Below are positions 27,079 through 40,240 of a stretch of 64,000 nucleotides of DNA, one piece after another (the first letter of the stretch is position 1; the number at the start of each line of letters is the position of its first letter). Below the pieces are notes generated by a model. That model ran no database searches, was not told where the DNA came from, and saw nothing but the letters and a program-made list of their open reading frames with translations. Source of the stretch: Octopus sinensis (taxonomy: Eukaryota); contig NC_043003.1 of NCBI RefSeq assembly GCF_006345805.1, positions 84,816,001-84,880,000 on the forward strand, in the 5' to 3' direction. The translations under genes and the position numbers were made by a program.

Positions 27079-29115
27079 AGCAAGCATCTGGAAGAAAACA
27101 ATCTGTTTCCAGAAGTGCAGAAGGGATGCTGCAAGGGCTCATACGGATCAGCTACTGATCTATAAAGCCATAACTGAAGAAAGTCGCAGAAAGAAGAATG
27201 GTCTAAGTATGCCCTGGATCGATTACCAAAAGGCTTTTGATAGTATTTCCCACACACGAATCTTAGAAAAATTAGCCATGAACAAGGTGCACCAATAATC
27301 ATAAAATATATAACATATTCGATAAATAAATAGTAAACAGTGCTACAGCTCCAGACAAAAGAGTGACTCATAAAAGCCAAAGCCATCCCCATTAGAAGAA
27401 GAATATTCTAGGAAGATACACCCTCTCCACTCCTTTCCTGCTTGGCACTGACACCTTTATCTGACCAGCTAAACAGAACTGGATGTGCATACAACTGTTA
27501 CGGTAAAGCAATCAGCCACACCGTATATATGGATGATCTAAAACTGTACGCTACAAATGATAAACAGCTGGAAACATTACTACAGACAGTACATGTATTA
27601 CTACAGAAATAAACATGAAATTTGACTTAGAGAAATGTACCAAAGCAACTTTGAAGAGTGGAAAACTAGTTAAGAGTCGCAACATTACACTAGGTAATGC
27701 AAATTAAATAAGAGAATTAGATCAAAGCCAGACATACAAATACTTCGGAATCAATGAACTAGAAACGATACAACACATACAAATGAAAGAGAAGATAAAA
27801 GAATACTATAGACGAGATTTAGATTAATACAGAAAACAGAGCTCAATGCGAAAAAACAAGATAATAGTATCAACACTCTAGCCGTCCCAGTTATAAGTTA
27901 CAGCTACAATATTCTTAACTGGTCTCTAAATGAATTAATCAAAATAGACAGGAAAACAAGAAATATAATGACAGGGCTTAGGATGCACCACCCAAACTCT
28001 GACATAGAAAGGTTATATATACAACGTATGGAAGGTGGTAGATGCCTTATACAGCTAGAAAACTATTACAAAATAACCACCAAAGACCTACATCAGAAGC
28101 AAGGAAAACTAATACAAATAACCACAAAACACGAACAAAACAAAAAAACGTTTTCAGTCTTTAAAGAAGCTGACAAATACAAAACAGAAGCCATATCACC
28201 TAAAAACTATGAAGAAAAAGAAGAAACAACAAAAAATGAAACAGCAACAGATAATGATGACAAGAAATGTCCGTTCATGGCAAATGCTGGATTAAACTAA
28301 GCCTAAAAGTTGTAGGCAAGCAAAATCCCAACAATGACTGAGAAGCCCAGGACTCAAAGCAGAGACTGAGGGAGTTTTAATTGCAGCACAAGACCAAAGC
28401 CTTTCTATCAGAAATTACCAAAAACATGTAATGAAAAGAAATACAACATCTAACCGTAGAATATGTGGAGATGGACAAGAAACAATAAATCATATTGTCT
28501 CTGGTTGCCCAGCCCTTTCTATGAAGGAATATATTCACAGACACGACAGAGTTGGGACCTAAACACACCGGAAGCTGTGCCAACACTATGGAATAACAAC
28601 AGAAAAATGATGGTATAGGCACACGCCAGAAAAGGTCACAGAAAATGAGAAAGCAACCGTACTCTGAGATATGCCAATACACTCTGACAGAGAAATTAAG
28701 GCCAATAGAGATCAAGAAAAAAATGGTTAATTGATGTATCAATACCAACAGATGACAATGTTTCTCTAAAATGAAATGAGAAACTTTCAAAATACAAAGA
28801 CCTAGAAATAGAGGTAACTCGAATGTGGAGTCCAAAATCAGAAACAATTGCTATCATAGTAGGCGCATTAGATATGATTAAAAAGATATTTTGACAAATA
28901 CATAACCAAAACACCAGGATTGACAAGTATATATAACAAAAAAAATAGCACAACTTGGTACCACACACATCCTACATAAAACACTTTCAGTACAGTAAAA
29001 ATGAGAGCATCACAACCACAGTACATACCCAAGGCTCGAGTATCACAACAAATCACAGCACATACCCAAGGCACACAGAGCTGCGCTCAGTAGTGAAGTG
29101 AAAGCGCGCTATAAA
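27079..29115 (+). mobile_element. R4/Dong-clade non-LTR retrotransposon, copy 2 (5'-truncated, different subfamily), followed by (TAA)n
   Basis: Starts mid-RT (KHLEENNLFPEVQKGC; WIDYQKAFDSI; YMDDLKLY), then HHPNSDIERLYIQRMEGGR, AAQDQ, CGDGQETINHIVSGC and the RLE region (IDVSIP.DDNVS...KYKDLEIE). 3'UTR, then (TAA)n at 29116-29148. Confidence 0.88.
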
Positions 29116-29149
29116 AATAAAATAATAAAATAATAATAATAATAATAAT

Positions 29150-29370
29150 TCTTTCTACTGGAAGTACAAGATCTCAAATTTTGGGGGAAGGAATTAAGTC
29201 GATTACATCGACCCCAGTGCGTTACAGGTTCTTATGTATTCGACCCCAAAAGGATGAAAGGCAAAGTCGACCTCGGCGGAATTTGAAATCAGACAGTAGC
29301 AGCGGGCAAAATACCGTTAAGCATTTCGTCGAACGCGGTAACGATTCTGTCAGCTCTCCGACTTAATAAA

Positions 29371-29442
<72 letters not shown>

Positions 29443-29760
29443 GATAACAACAATAACAACAACAATAATCGTTTAATCCTTTCTTCTAAAAGCACAAGGT
29501 CTGAAATTTAGTGGGATGGGGCTAGACGACTGCATCGACACCAGTACTCAACTGGTACTTATTTCACCGACTTTGAAGGGATTAAACGTAAAGTCGATCT
29601 CGACGGACTTTGAACTTGGAAGGTAGCGACGATAAGCATTTCGTCCAGCATGCTAACGATTCTACCAACTCGCTGCCTTAGTAATATTAATAATAATCCT
29701 TTCTATGATAAGCACGAGGCTTGAAATATGAGGGAGGGGGATAGTCGTTACATCAACACC
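29150..29760 (-). mobile_element. Cluster of family-1 SINE copies embedded in (TAA)n. Other copies: about 35230-35780 (fragments, -), 40290-40480 (+), 44680-44810 (+), 48975-49205 (-), 52310-52510 (+), 56625-56790 (-), 56975-57165 (+), 59365-59570 (-)
   Basis: Recurring core atcgacccc.aaaggatgaaaggcaaagtcgacctcggcggaatttgaa...gaaata...gcatttcg. Confidence 0.88.
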
Positions 29761-30195
29761 AGTATTTTCCATACTTTTACAAATATTCGTAAAATTCGTA
29801 CATCCACTTTGTGAGTTTATCAACTCCTCTTCGAGTTTCTATTAGCTCCACATAAATTGGTTTATCCTCGTAAAGTTTATTAATTCCTCGTGAGTTGTCT
29901 AAATTCTTTTCGCGTTTATTAATTTGTCATGCGTTGTTTAAATCCTCGTTGCCACTCTTATATCCACTTCAGTATACAGTATACTTAGTAAGATCAGTAA
30001 AGACACGACTATCTCTGATCGCCTACTACGTACTCTGGTACTTCATGTCCTTTTTACTTATCGCATGTTATTTCATTCGTCACGTGGGAGGGATGCACCA
30101 TTATTACCAATACTCTACAAGATATCTATATATATATATATGTATATATATGTGTGTGTGTATATATGTATATATATATAAATGTGTGTGTGTGC

Positions 30196-30246
<51 letters not shown>

Positions 30247-30262
30247 TATGTGTGTGTGTGTG

Positions 30263-31410
30263 TATTAGGTTGTCCCGAAATCTCTGATAGATTTTAAGCT
30301 AAATCTTTTAACGCCTTATTGAACACACCTGAAATATAACAGTTAAAACTTTGGCGTTGCTTGATTCCGGTTACCTTTAATTGACTTGTGAAATAGATAA
30401 ATAAATTTATATTCGCGTTGTAATGCTTTTCTTTATTCAAAAGACTTACAAAAACGTTTGTGAAGTTTATGGTGATGTTGCTGTAGGTGAATCAGCTGTT
30501 CGAAGGTGGTTTGCAAAATTTAAAGCAGGAGAGTTTAGCTTGGAAGATGACAGTCGCAGTGGAAGATCTTCAAAATTGGATGAAGATATTTTGGAGGCAA
30601 AAATCGATTTGTGAACTTGCAGAGCATGAACACCTAGTGAAAAAAAGGATACATTTCTCGCTATAATGTATGTGTCCCTAACAAACTCTCAGAAAAGAAT
30701 TGCTTGGACCGGTATTCCATTTGTGATATGCTTCTGAAACGGAATGAAAGCATACCTTTTTTGAAATAACTTGTGACTGGAGATGAAAAATGGATTGTGT
30801 ACGAAAGCGTAGTGCGAAAAAGATCCTGGAGTTTGCGTAAGGATCCCTAATAACAGCAACCAAAGACGAATATCCATGCCAAAAAAGCAACGCTTTGGGT
30901 TTGGTGGGTTATAAAGGTATTATTTATTATGAGCTCCTCACACAAAACTAGACCATTAATTCTGATATGTACTGTCGGCAGTTGGCTAATTTTAACCAAA
31001 AAATCAAAGAACTGAAGCCAGAGATTACCAATAGGAAAGGAGTAGTGTTCCAGCAATGCATGTGTCGTTGGTTACCTCATCAAAGTTACATGACCTTGGC
31101 TGGAGTCTTTTACCCCCATCTATCATATTCTCCTGCTCTTGCGCCATTCGATTACCACTTGTTTTTGTCTCTACATAACTTATTGCAAGGAAAAATATTT
31201 AACGATTTAGATGGAGTCAAAATGCATCTAGATAACTTTTTTTCTTCAAAACCAGTCAAATTTTATGCTGATGGGATATTTAAATTGCCTGATAGATGAG
31301 AAAAGGTCATTAATAATAATGAAAATTGTTTCATTGCATAAAATTTATTGAAAGGTCAATTATATCCATTTTGCATATTTGAAAACGCTCAGAACTTTAG
31401 AGCCAACTTA

Positions 31411-31412
<2 letters not shown>
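30263..31412 (+). mobile_element. Mariner (DD34D) element, near full length, inactivated, inserted in a (TG)n tract
   Basis: Imperfect TIRs ta-ttaggttgtccc / gccaacttaa. Transposase remnants VRRWFAKFKAGEFSLEDDSRSGR, VTGDEKWIVY, NRKGVVFQ, YSPALAPFDYHLFLSL and FYADGIFKLPDR. Confidence 0.9.
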
Positions 31413-31488
<76 letters not shown>

Positions 31489-32539
31489 CTCTATCTTGTC
31501 TTCACTCTTTCTCCCTTTCTTTCTTTCACCCTCTCCTATTCTAGCCTTTCCACTTTCTCCTTTTTTCTCTCTTTCGCACTTTTAGCCTTTCTCCTTTCTC
31601 TTTCTTCTATTTTCTCTCTGTCGCTCTCTCTCCCTATATCTTGCCTTCTTTCTCCTCTGCTTGCTGTCTGCCCCGTGACCCGTGACCAGCTTTCCTTGTT
31701 TTCTCTCCCTTTCTCATATCTGGTCCCGTAGCTGACCAGTCACAAATTCTCTATCTCATTGCCTTCTATCCTTTAGAATTTCATCTAAGCGTTGCCAATA
31801 TTCTTGTCTTTTTTGGCCCTATGGCTATATTTTGCTCGTTTCTTATTTATTTCGTCTCATTTTTTCCCTTTCGTGTGTCCACTGTTCTGTATTGTTTTGC
31901 TTTGTTTTGTTTGCTCTCGGCCCTATATTCGCTGCAAATTTTTGCGGGTACCGCCAATATGGAAAGTTCTGTCTTATCACTAATGGTGCAAAACTGAGTA
32001 TTACCAATTTGTTGATAAATGATGAAGAATTAGGGACCTTCTGTGACTGTCTCCGGTCCGGTTGTACACTCAGTACACGTTACGTCGTTTGTTTATTTAC
32101 CATACATTTTTCATGTATTATATATATACATATGTGTGTGTGTGTTTGACTCAGTTCTAGTGCATAGAACAGACCCACCTATGAGATGTTCAGAGCTGGC
32201 GTAGTGGAAATTTTTGTAAAAAAAAACTCTAAAAAAAATGTCTTCTACATATTTCGGCCCTATTGATCAGCTTAGGTCGTGTGGGTGTTTTTACTATCAA
32301 TGCAACATCAATTATTTTATTGTTAGGTCTGAAATGGTGAGGCAGACAAGATCACTCTGTAATCTACGTTATTTAGCAATAACAGTTATTCTTTGGTTAA
32401 TGTAACCGATTTGAATTCGCGTGACCGATATAAGTCGGCCAGAGCATGTATTGTATATCTGTAGAATGTGGATCAGTAAATCCTAGGGAAGTTTATCTGG
32501 ATTACCAGCGGCCGAAGGATCGAAGGTCATTAACAGGGT

Positions 32540-32632
32540 GTGTATTTAAGGGCAGGACGTGTCTTTAAGGGCAGGGCATGTCTTTAAGGGCAGGGCGTGT
32601 CTTTAAGAGCAGAGCGTGTCTTTAAGGGCAAC
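32540..32632. repeat. 19-bp minisatellite, about 5 copies (gtgtctttaagggcagggc)
   Basis: Contiguous units without spacers, read directly. Confidence 0.9.
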
Positions 32633-32649
32633 AATAATTTAGGTTATTT

Positions 32650-33050
32650 ATCCTATTGATGGATACTGTGGGATGGTGGAGTAGTGCAGTTTCCCACAGA
32701 GACAGAGATAATAATTACATGCTCCAGGTGAGTAAGAAAGGGTCCCTTTAAAGATGCTTCGTGTGATGTTAGGTAAGTTGTTTCGATGGTTTTGGAGTCT
32801 CCAGATGAAGAGAGAGAGAGAGAAATAGATTTCCACCTCTACACCTGAAGGATTGCATATACTGCATGTATTTTCCCTGAAAGATATTGACTGTGGTGCC
32901 CATATAGTGCTATGTGGTGCCATCAGATGGTGTGACAGTAACTCTATCAGTAAAAGTCTTAGAGAGCCAGGATCATTCCGATGAAAAGCTGACAAGATTT
33001 CGCCAGTTACAGAGTTTATGATACCAACATGTAATTTGGAAATGCTTTTT
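32650..33050 (-). mobile_element. Degenerate Penelope GIY-YIG fragment
   Basis: Minus strand gives pieces FIGM..GSLR, HSQYLSG.., IWRLQ and YSPGACNYYLCLCGKL, resembling the PLE endonuclease C-terminus. Confidence 0.45.
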
Positions 33051-36000
33051 AATTAGCGTTAGGAAGCTCTTTGCTATATTGGTGGAAGCTCCTAGATGGA
33101 TGGAGGATTAAACCATATTGTTTTTCACTTTCTATCTATGTCTTGTAACTGAACCATTCCACAAGTTCGATAAAATAAGTACTAGACAGGAGTAGTCACT
33201 GGGACCGATATGACTGACTGGACACTTGAAGATGGAACATTAGAAATCAGCAAAATATTGTGTGTGTTTGTGTGTGTGTGTGCACGTGTGTGGGTACGTG
33301 CATATATATCTATGTGTATATGTGTGTGTTTGTGCGTACATATATATCTGTGTGTGTGTGTATAAATATGTGTATGTATATAGTATAAATATCTGTTTCA
33401 GTCTAAAATTTCCAGTCACAAGGCAATGATTAACCCAGATCTTATCCAAACAATTCCTTGTACAGCGAAGTTGAATCATAGATATATTCGTCATTACTAT
33501 CTTTATAGTTATATAGTCATTTTCATAATTATTATCAGTATTTTGGGAATACCGTATATGCCCACAGTGCACGCCCGTTGGGTACAATTTATGGCACATC
33601 AGAATAGATTACACAATAATTCGTTTACTTATCTCTAACTACATGCAATACCGCATTATACTGTGTTATAGAAACATTTTCAGTATTATGATATATTGGT
33701 ACTTCAAACATTTTTCCAAACTCAAATGTAATGTTTAATATTTTGACTATTTGTAGAAAATAACTGCCCTGCTCTGAAGCTTTTTCATGCCAAAAGGACA
33801 ACCCAATTCTTCAATGTAACACCATTCAGTTTTCCGGATGATGGCAGGTAATCAATGATCTGGATTATATAGTACCTACTATAACTTTGCATAATATTGG
33901 ATATCGTAAAATAGCAATAAGTTCGGCACATGCACTCTTCGTAATGTTTTTATATATATTGTTAAGTTTTCTTCGTATCTTTTGCTTAAAACCAAGAGTA
34001 TTTTTTCTGCTGGTTTCGGCAAGGTGAAAAAAAAACTGGTTAAATAATCCAACCACAATCGACATGGAGAGCACATTTTCTCTTTAATCTAAGGTTGTGC
34101 CTTCAATTTCTTTTCTTCATTAAAATTAGATATATATTCACACATGAAAGTAATTCTTTTGCTTAGGCGATGTCATATTATTGCTTGCTTATTGTCCAGC
34201 TTATGTTATCATATGGAAAACGACAACATTCAGCATATTGCTTACAATTACATGAGAAAAACTCATTTGACATATGCCGTTAAAGCTCGTAAGAAATATA
34301 CAGAATTTGTTACTTCTCATTTACATAATCGTTACCATCATCGTTACCATCTTCGTCACCACCGATATCATTATCATCATCATCATCACCTCCATCGTCA
34401 TCAATAATGCTATTATCATCACCAACATTGTATCATCACCACTGATATCATCATTAGCAGTAGCAGCTATCAACTACAAAGTACACTTGCTTTGGGTATG
34501 ATCATGAAATCGTTAAATATTCCGTTCTCTCATCAATCACTCTACCATTGTACGCCATTAAGGTCTTGATTATGATTTTGGGAGGCAATCCACAGTTCAT
34601 CCTTCCATCGGTGGATTTTTAGATGATAATTTGGCTGATGGACAACGTTGTGCGTCTTTCATTGGGTTTTAACATTAACGAAAGCTACATGTTTAATAGG
34701 GCATGTTCATGATCAATTCAGTTGATCCACTCTAGAATATTACTGCTATATATCGCATCGATGCCGGATGAATATAATGTAAAGAAATGAGACTGAATAG
34801 GAAAAAGCAGATTTGTCGTTCACAATAAATTGGTTTTGTACTAACTGCCCCTTAAATGGCTAACAATGGCATTACTTGATTGTTACATATTCTATCGATT
34901 CCCAATGGCATAAAGGGTCAAGTCAGCATCAGAGGTATTTCAACTGAGAACTTAAATAAGATATAATTAAATACCTCAAGTTATTTAAACTAACACTCCT
35001 CGGTTTCAACTACCCACCGTCCTAACTTGGACTAAATTGTTTCTAATGTAGATAAAAAGCCTGAAATTCATGAGGATTCAACTGATTATATCGAACCCTG
35101 TATTTGACTGGTATTTTTTAATTTAACGATCTCTGAGAGTTGAAAGGTGGGACTTGATCTCGTAAAGAGCCGGAACAAGTATCGCAAAGCATTTTGCATG
35201 AGGCTCTTGCGCTTCTGCCAACTCACGGCCCGATGTCAAGCTTTGAAGGAATGGTTTAGTCAATATCATTGTTCCCAGTACTTGGTTGGTGCTATATTTT
35301 ATCGATCCTGATAGAATGAAAGGCAAAGTTGACCTTGACACGGTTGTGCCACTTCACTGCCTTACCTGCACTAAATGATAGCTTCAAATTTTGTTACAAG
35401 GGCAGCAATTTTGAGGGAAGGGGGCAAGTCGGTCACATCGGCTCCAATGCTCAACTGATACTTATTTTATCGACTCCTGTATGATGGAAAGCAAAATCGA
35501 CTTCGGCGAGATTTGATCTGGTGTGCTAAGGATTCGGCAAGATTTTGTCTGGTGTGCTAAGGGTTCAGCTTGATCAGCGCCTTATCAGTTCTTCTATTGT
35601 AGACACAAGGCCTGAAATTTTGGTGGGGTTGGATTTGTAGTCTATTACATCGACCCCAGTGCTCAACTGACACTTATCTCAACTCTGAAAGGATGACTAG
35701 TAAAGTCAACCTCGGGGGAGTTTGAATACAGAACGGAAAGACAGATGAAATGCCATCAAGCATTTTGTCTGGCATGTTGATAAACTTGCACTAAATAACA
35801 AAAGATAAAATTGTGAGCCATTTGGTTTAATCTTTTTCTTATTTGGTTTTGTTTTATTCTACCTTTGTCACATCTATTGTTGCAGGACTTGTAAATGGTT
35901 TATTTCAAACGGGGGAGGAAACGACACCATTCTGCTGCAGTTTCTTTTTACGGATATGGGAGAAGAAAATGAAGACTGCCAATCAAAGTATATCGCTGTA

Positions 36001-36442
36001 TATGAAGGTAACAGTTATGTTTGAATACACAAAGATATAACTTAAGCAAAATTTAACCAAAACCATATATATAAAATGAAAATAAAATTAATCATTAGAG
36101 TAAAACATCTTGAACAAAGTCTTACAAACGCACATACACACACAACACACACACACACACACATACAACGCACACTCACACAACACACATGCAATACACA
36201 CACACACATAGTGAGTAAGAGAGTGAGAGAGAGGGGGTAAGTGTGTGTATGGATATATATTTATTAATAAATAAATATATATATATATATATTGGCCTGC
36301 TCGCTTAGCCAGCGGGGTGGCGTCATTTGAAGGCTAAAACAATGCGAACGCATTGTGACCAGCGGTGTGTAACAACATCTGATGTTCTGGTCGGTCTCGT
36401 GATCGTGATATATATATGTATATGTAAATGTGTGTATGTATA

Positions 36443-36662
36443 TACGAATGTTTGCCGAAAAGTTCCTGGTTTTAAGAGTATCGTGAAAGACCTGGCTGGA
36501 GGTCCAAACTTCCGAGGTCTTTTACGGAGCTTAGAAAAACTTAAGGACCGCTGCAATAAGTGTGTGATTTGAGAGGGGAATATGTTGAAAAAAATCATAA
36601 TTAACTGATCCTCCTGTATTATTTTTTACCCAAAACCAGGAACTTTTCAACATATATACGTG
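36443..36662. mobile_element. Internally deleted mariner (MITE)
   Basis: TIRs ta-cgaatgtttgccgaaaagttcctggtttt / aaaaccaggaacttttc. Confidence 0.7.
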
Positions 36663-37929
36663 TGTGTGTGTGTGTATGTGTGTGTGTGTGTGTGTATCAT
36701 TAACGATAACGATATACATGTGAAAGTTATAGTTGCTAAGTCAATTGATATTAAGTCACATCTATGACGAGATGTTTAATTCATATCACCACAACCCAGC
36801 TAGTTGTACTGTATATAAGTGCCAATACAGTACTGGAAATGGTGACAACACTATATAACTAACAAGTGATTTCTTTGCTTGCATGCCGGGATTTAGATTC
36901 CATTATAAGTTTGCAAAGTGCAAATGATTCAATTCCAGTGTATCTCAGAATATACTCTTGCGTGTTTTCGTCATGAACGAATACTATGTCTTAAGTAGAG
37001 TAATATAATCTCCACTTAAACGTGGGTGTTCTGTTAGAAGAAACTATACTATGGTAGATACCACGAGAGAAACTCTCATATTGGTTTTTGGTGTAAAAAT
37101 GTACACTTAGTTATATCGCTAGCAGGGAGATAACTCTCCACCACCTCCAGTGCTGCTTCAGCGGCGCTCTGTATAAACAAGGGTTGTGGTGGGAGAGGTT
37201 TAGTTTTCATGAGCACCATTACATAAAATGCATAAATATATGTTTTTTTCAGGTTCGCCAAACTCAAGAACACTTCTGAAAAAGTTTTGCAATGATGAAA
37301 ATCCGATATTCCAAACTGAAACGAAATCATTCCATGTGATGTTCTACTCCGCGCACCCTATAGTGGATGTATCATTCGTAGCAAAGTACGAACTTCTCTC
37401 ACGTAAGTCCTTATGCGGGTTGTTTTGCTGGTTTGTGTGTGTGTGTGTGTGTAAGTGTGAGCTCAATGTTTACATGAACAACACAAAAGATGCATGCATA
37501 AACGACTTTTAAATTCATTCAGCACCACATATGCACACACTAATAGAAACTCTCTCGCACGCACACACACACATACACACACACACACACACACACGTAC
37601 GCACGCACGTATGCATACACACATAAACGCTGACAGCGACTAATTTTCGCTTGACAATTTTAAAAGTCAAACAAAATTTTATAAGTTTCAGTGAAAAGGA
37701 ATTTTATAAGCATGATTCTACTGTCAATATTGTCCCCCCTCATCAGTAATGCTTTGCTGTTATATCTGGACTTGCGTTAGCATAATGACTGCCAATATAC
37801 ATCAGAAAACAGAGAGTTTGAGGGAGCCACAACTGTTGGAAGTTCGAAGTCACCGTTAAACTTTTCCTTTTCAAATATAAAATTGCTGTTCAAATATAAT
37901 ACCCTATGTAATATAACTGTACATATAAG

Positions 37930-37966
<37 letters not shown>

Positions 37967-39099
37967 TTATCGTTTCGTAACCATATTGTTGGAAACAGAT
38001 TTGCCCCGTAATCAATTGTGAGTAGTCATTAAAGTTGTGATGAACTGTTTCTTCGTCTTCTTATTTGGATTGTGTGTGTGTGTGTGTGTGTCTGTGTGTG
38101 TGTGTGTGCGCGTCTGCATGTGTATGTATATATGTATGTATGTGCGCTCGCCTATGTTTGTGTTTATTGTCTTCAGGTGTTCGTAGTGTGTTTCTTATGC
38201 TTGTATGTGCGTGTGGACACAGTGACTCGCGCATTATAGTTCGAACGTTAGGTCATATAAATATTGATATTGTTAAATTTGCAAGAAGATCGTTACCATA
38301 TGTTTATATATGTCATTGCTGAATGTATTACACAGTTTACATGCAGATGTTGAATTTTTCTCACATATAATCACTCCTTAATAACTTTTGTTTTGCTAGC
38401 GACTCTTGAGTTATATAATGATTCATATATGGTGGCTGATGATGAGAAACAGTATTTTACATCACCAGATTTTTTCAACCAAACTGACATGTAAGTATAA
38501 ATCAAATTTACGGCTCTCCACCATGACAATACAGAAATGTTACACAAACAAATATAATGTATCAAAAAATATTATTAACCATATCAATTATTAAAAGTTA
38601 AGCGGGGGGTTTGAGGTTAAAAAGTTTGTTTTGCAACTGAGGAGTTTCGTGTAAAGTCCCATGTACGATACCTTCGGCAAGTGTCTTCCATTGTACCGGG
38701 TCGACCAATACCTAGTGAGTGAATTTGGTAGCCAAAAACTGTGTGGAAGCCTGTCGTGTATTCATATCTATCTGTTTATAGTTATACTTGTCTCTCTCCC
38801 ACTCCCTAACTCTCTCTCTCTCTCTCTCTGTATATGTATATATATATATATATATTGCATCAGCATGGCCGCAGCTCTGAGCTGAAACTAGAATATATAT
38901 ATATAGTTGGAATTTACCAAAAAGAACAAAGCAAAAGACGAAGGCGGGTGTGTAAACAACAAACAGATGTATTAGTTTAACACTCGGGAAGTGAGAAAGT
39001 CTTTTACGTTTCAAGCCTACGCGCTTCAACAGGAGGGAACACAGAAAAAAGCAGAGAGAGAAAATAAGAAAGGTTTAGCGATCAATCATGGGGATCAAT

Positions 39100-40240
39100 C
39101 ACGCACACATATTTATATATGTGGAACTCGAACCTACACCTCTTTGTTTACGCGGCCAAGTGTGCTACCGATTACACTAGCGAACTAACTTGCATTTTTT
39201 GTCTAGTATGTAATAAAATGTCTAAAAGCATGGCCGGGCTTAAAAGTCATATAAGAGCATCATATGGCAACAGTCATGAATCATTTCAGTAAGTCTTCTT
39301 GACAATGGCTTTTCTCGTATAACAAGGATGCAGCTGGGGATACATGTGTGTGTGTGTGATAATAAGATCCAAACATCTAAGGGTAGGAAATGTGTAAGCT
39401 GCGAGAAAAGGATCTGCTTGCTAGGAAACATATGTAGTCTGGATTTTACCTGCCCTGCTCCCTCAATTTGGATATATGTTTATACATACATACATGTATA
39501 TATATATATTCTATAATTAATAATAATTTTATTTTATAATCTTAAAGCAATCACCGTGCAATGACTAAAGAAAATAGTCTAAGAATTGGGCATATAAACT
39601 CCACCCCCTCAACAGAAAGAAAGTAGGTTTTCCGTACGCGTGGTACTCGAACCCAGACCTCTTTGTTTACGCGGCCAAGTGTGCTACCGTTTACACTAGC
39701 GTACCAACTTGCATTTTTTTTTTATCACATTTAAGAATTATAATTAGTTCAAAGTTGTTTTTGTAAACAAACTTTCGTGTTTTTTGCTGCGAATGGCTTT
39801 TTAAGCAGTGTCGATATTTACAATTCTGTAAATAATAATAATAATACTATTTTATAAGCTTAAAGCTTATAACGATCACCGCGCAATGACCGAAGAAAAT
39901 AGTCTAATAATGGAGCATATAAGCCCCCGACAGAAAAGAGTAGGTTTTCCCTAACCGTGACTATTTTCTTTAGTCATTATGCCGTGATCGCTATAAGCGT
40001 GAAGCTTATAAAATACTATTATTATTGTTTACAGAATTGTAAAAAATCGACACTGCTTAAAAAAACCATGTGCAGTAAAATCACACGAAAGTTTATTTAC
40101 AAAAACAACTACGAACTAATTAGAGTTCTTAAATCTGACAGTAGAATTCAGGTAGGTTCACTAGTGTCATCGCTAGCACACTTGGTCTTGTAAACAAAGA
40201 GGTATGAGTTCGAGTAGCACGCGTACGGAAAACCTTCATT
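39100..40240. repeat. Tandem plus inverted amplification of a tRNA-like-containing unit (about 610-bp palindrome at 39626-40236)
   Basis: 39626-39712 pairs with 40155-40236, and 39770-39904 pairs with 39960-40110. Direct copies at 39120-39200 / 39640-39715 and 39545-39635 / 39882-39950. Confidence 0.85.

Noticed and set aside
29100-29480. Family-1 SINE as the non-autonomous partner of Dong
   Set aside because: The SINE tail is (ATT)n in sense while Dong ends in (TAA)n, the opposite strand, and no shared 3' sequence was seen.
32540-32632. Regular 19-bp repeats as a possible CRISPR-like array
   Set aside because: The units are contiguous with no unique spacers, and the context is eukaryotic.
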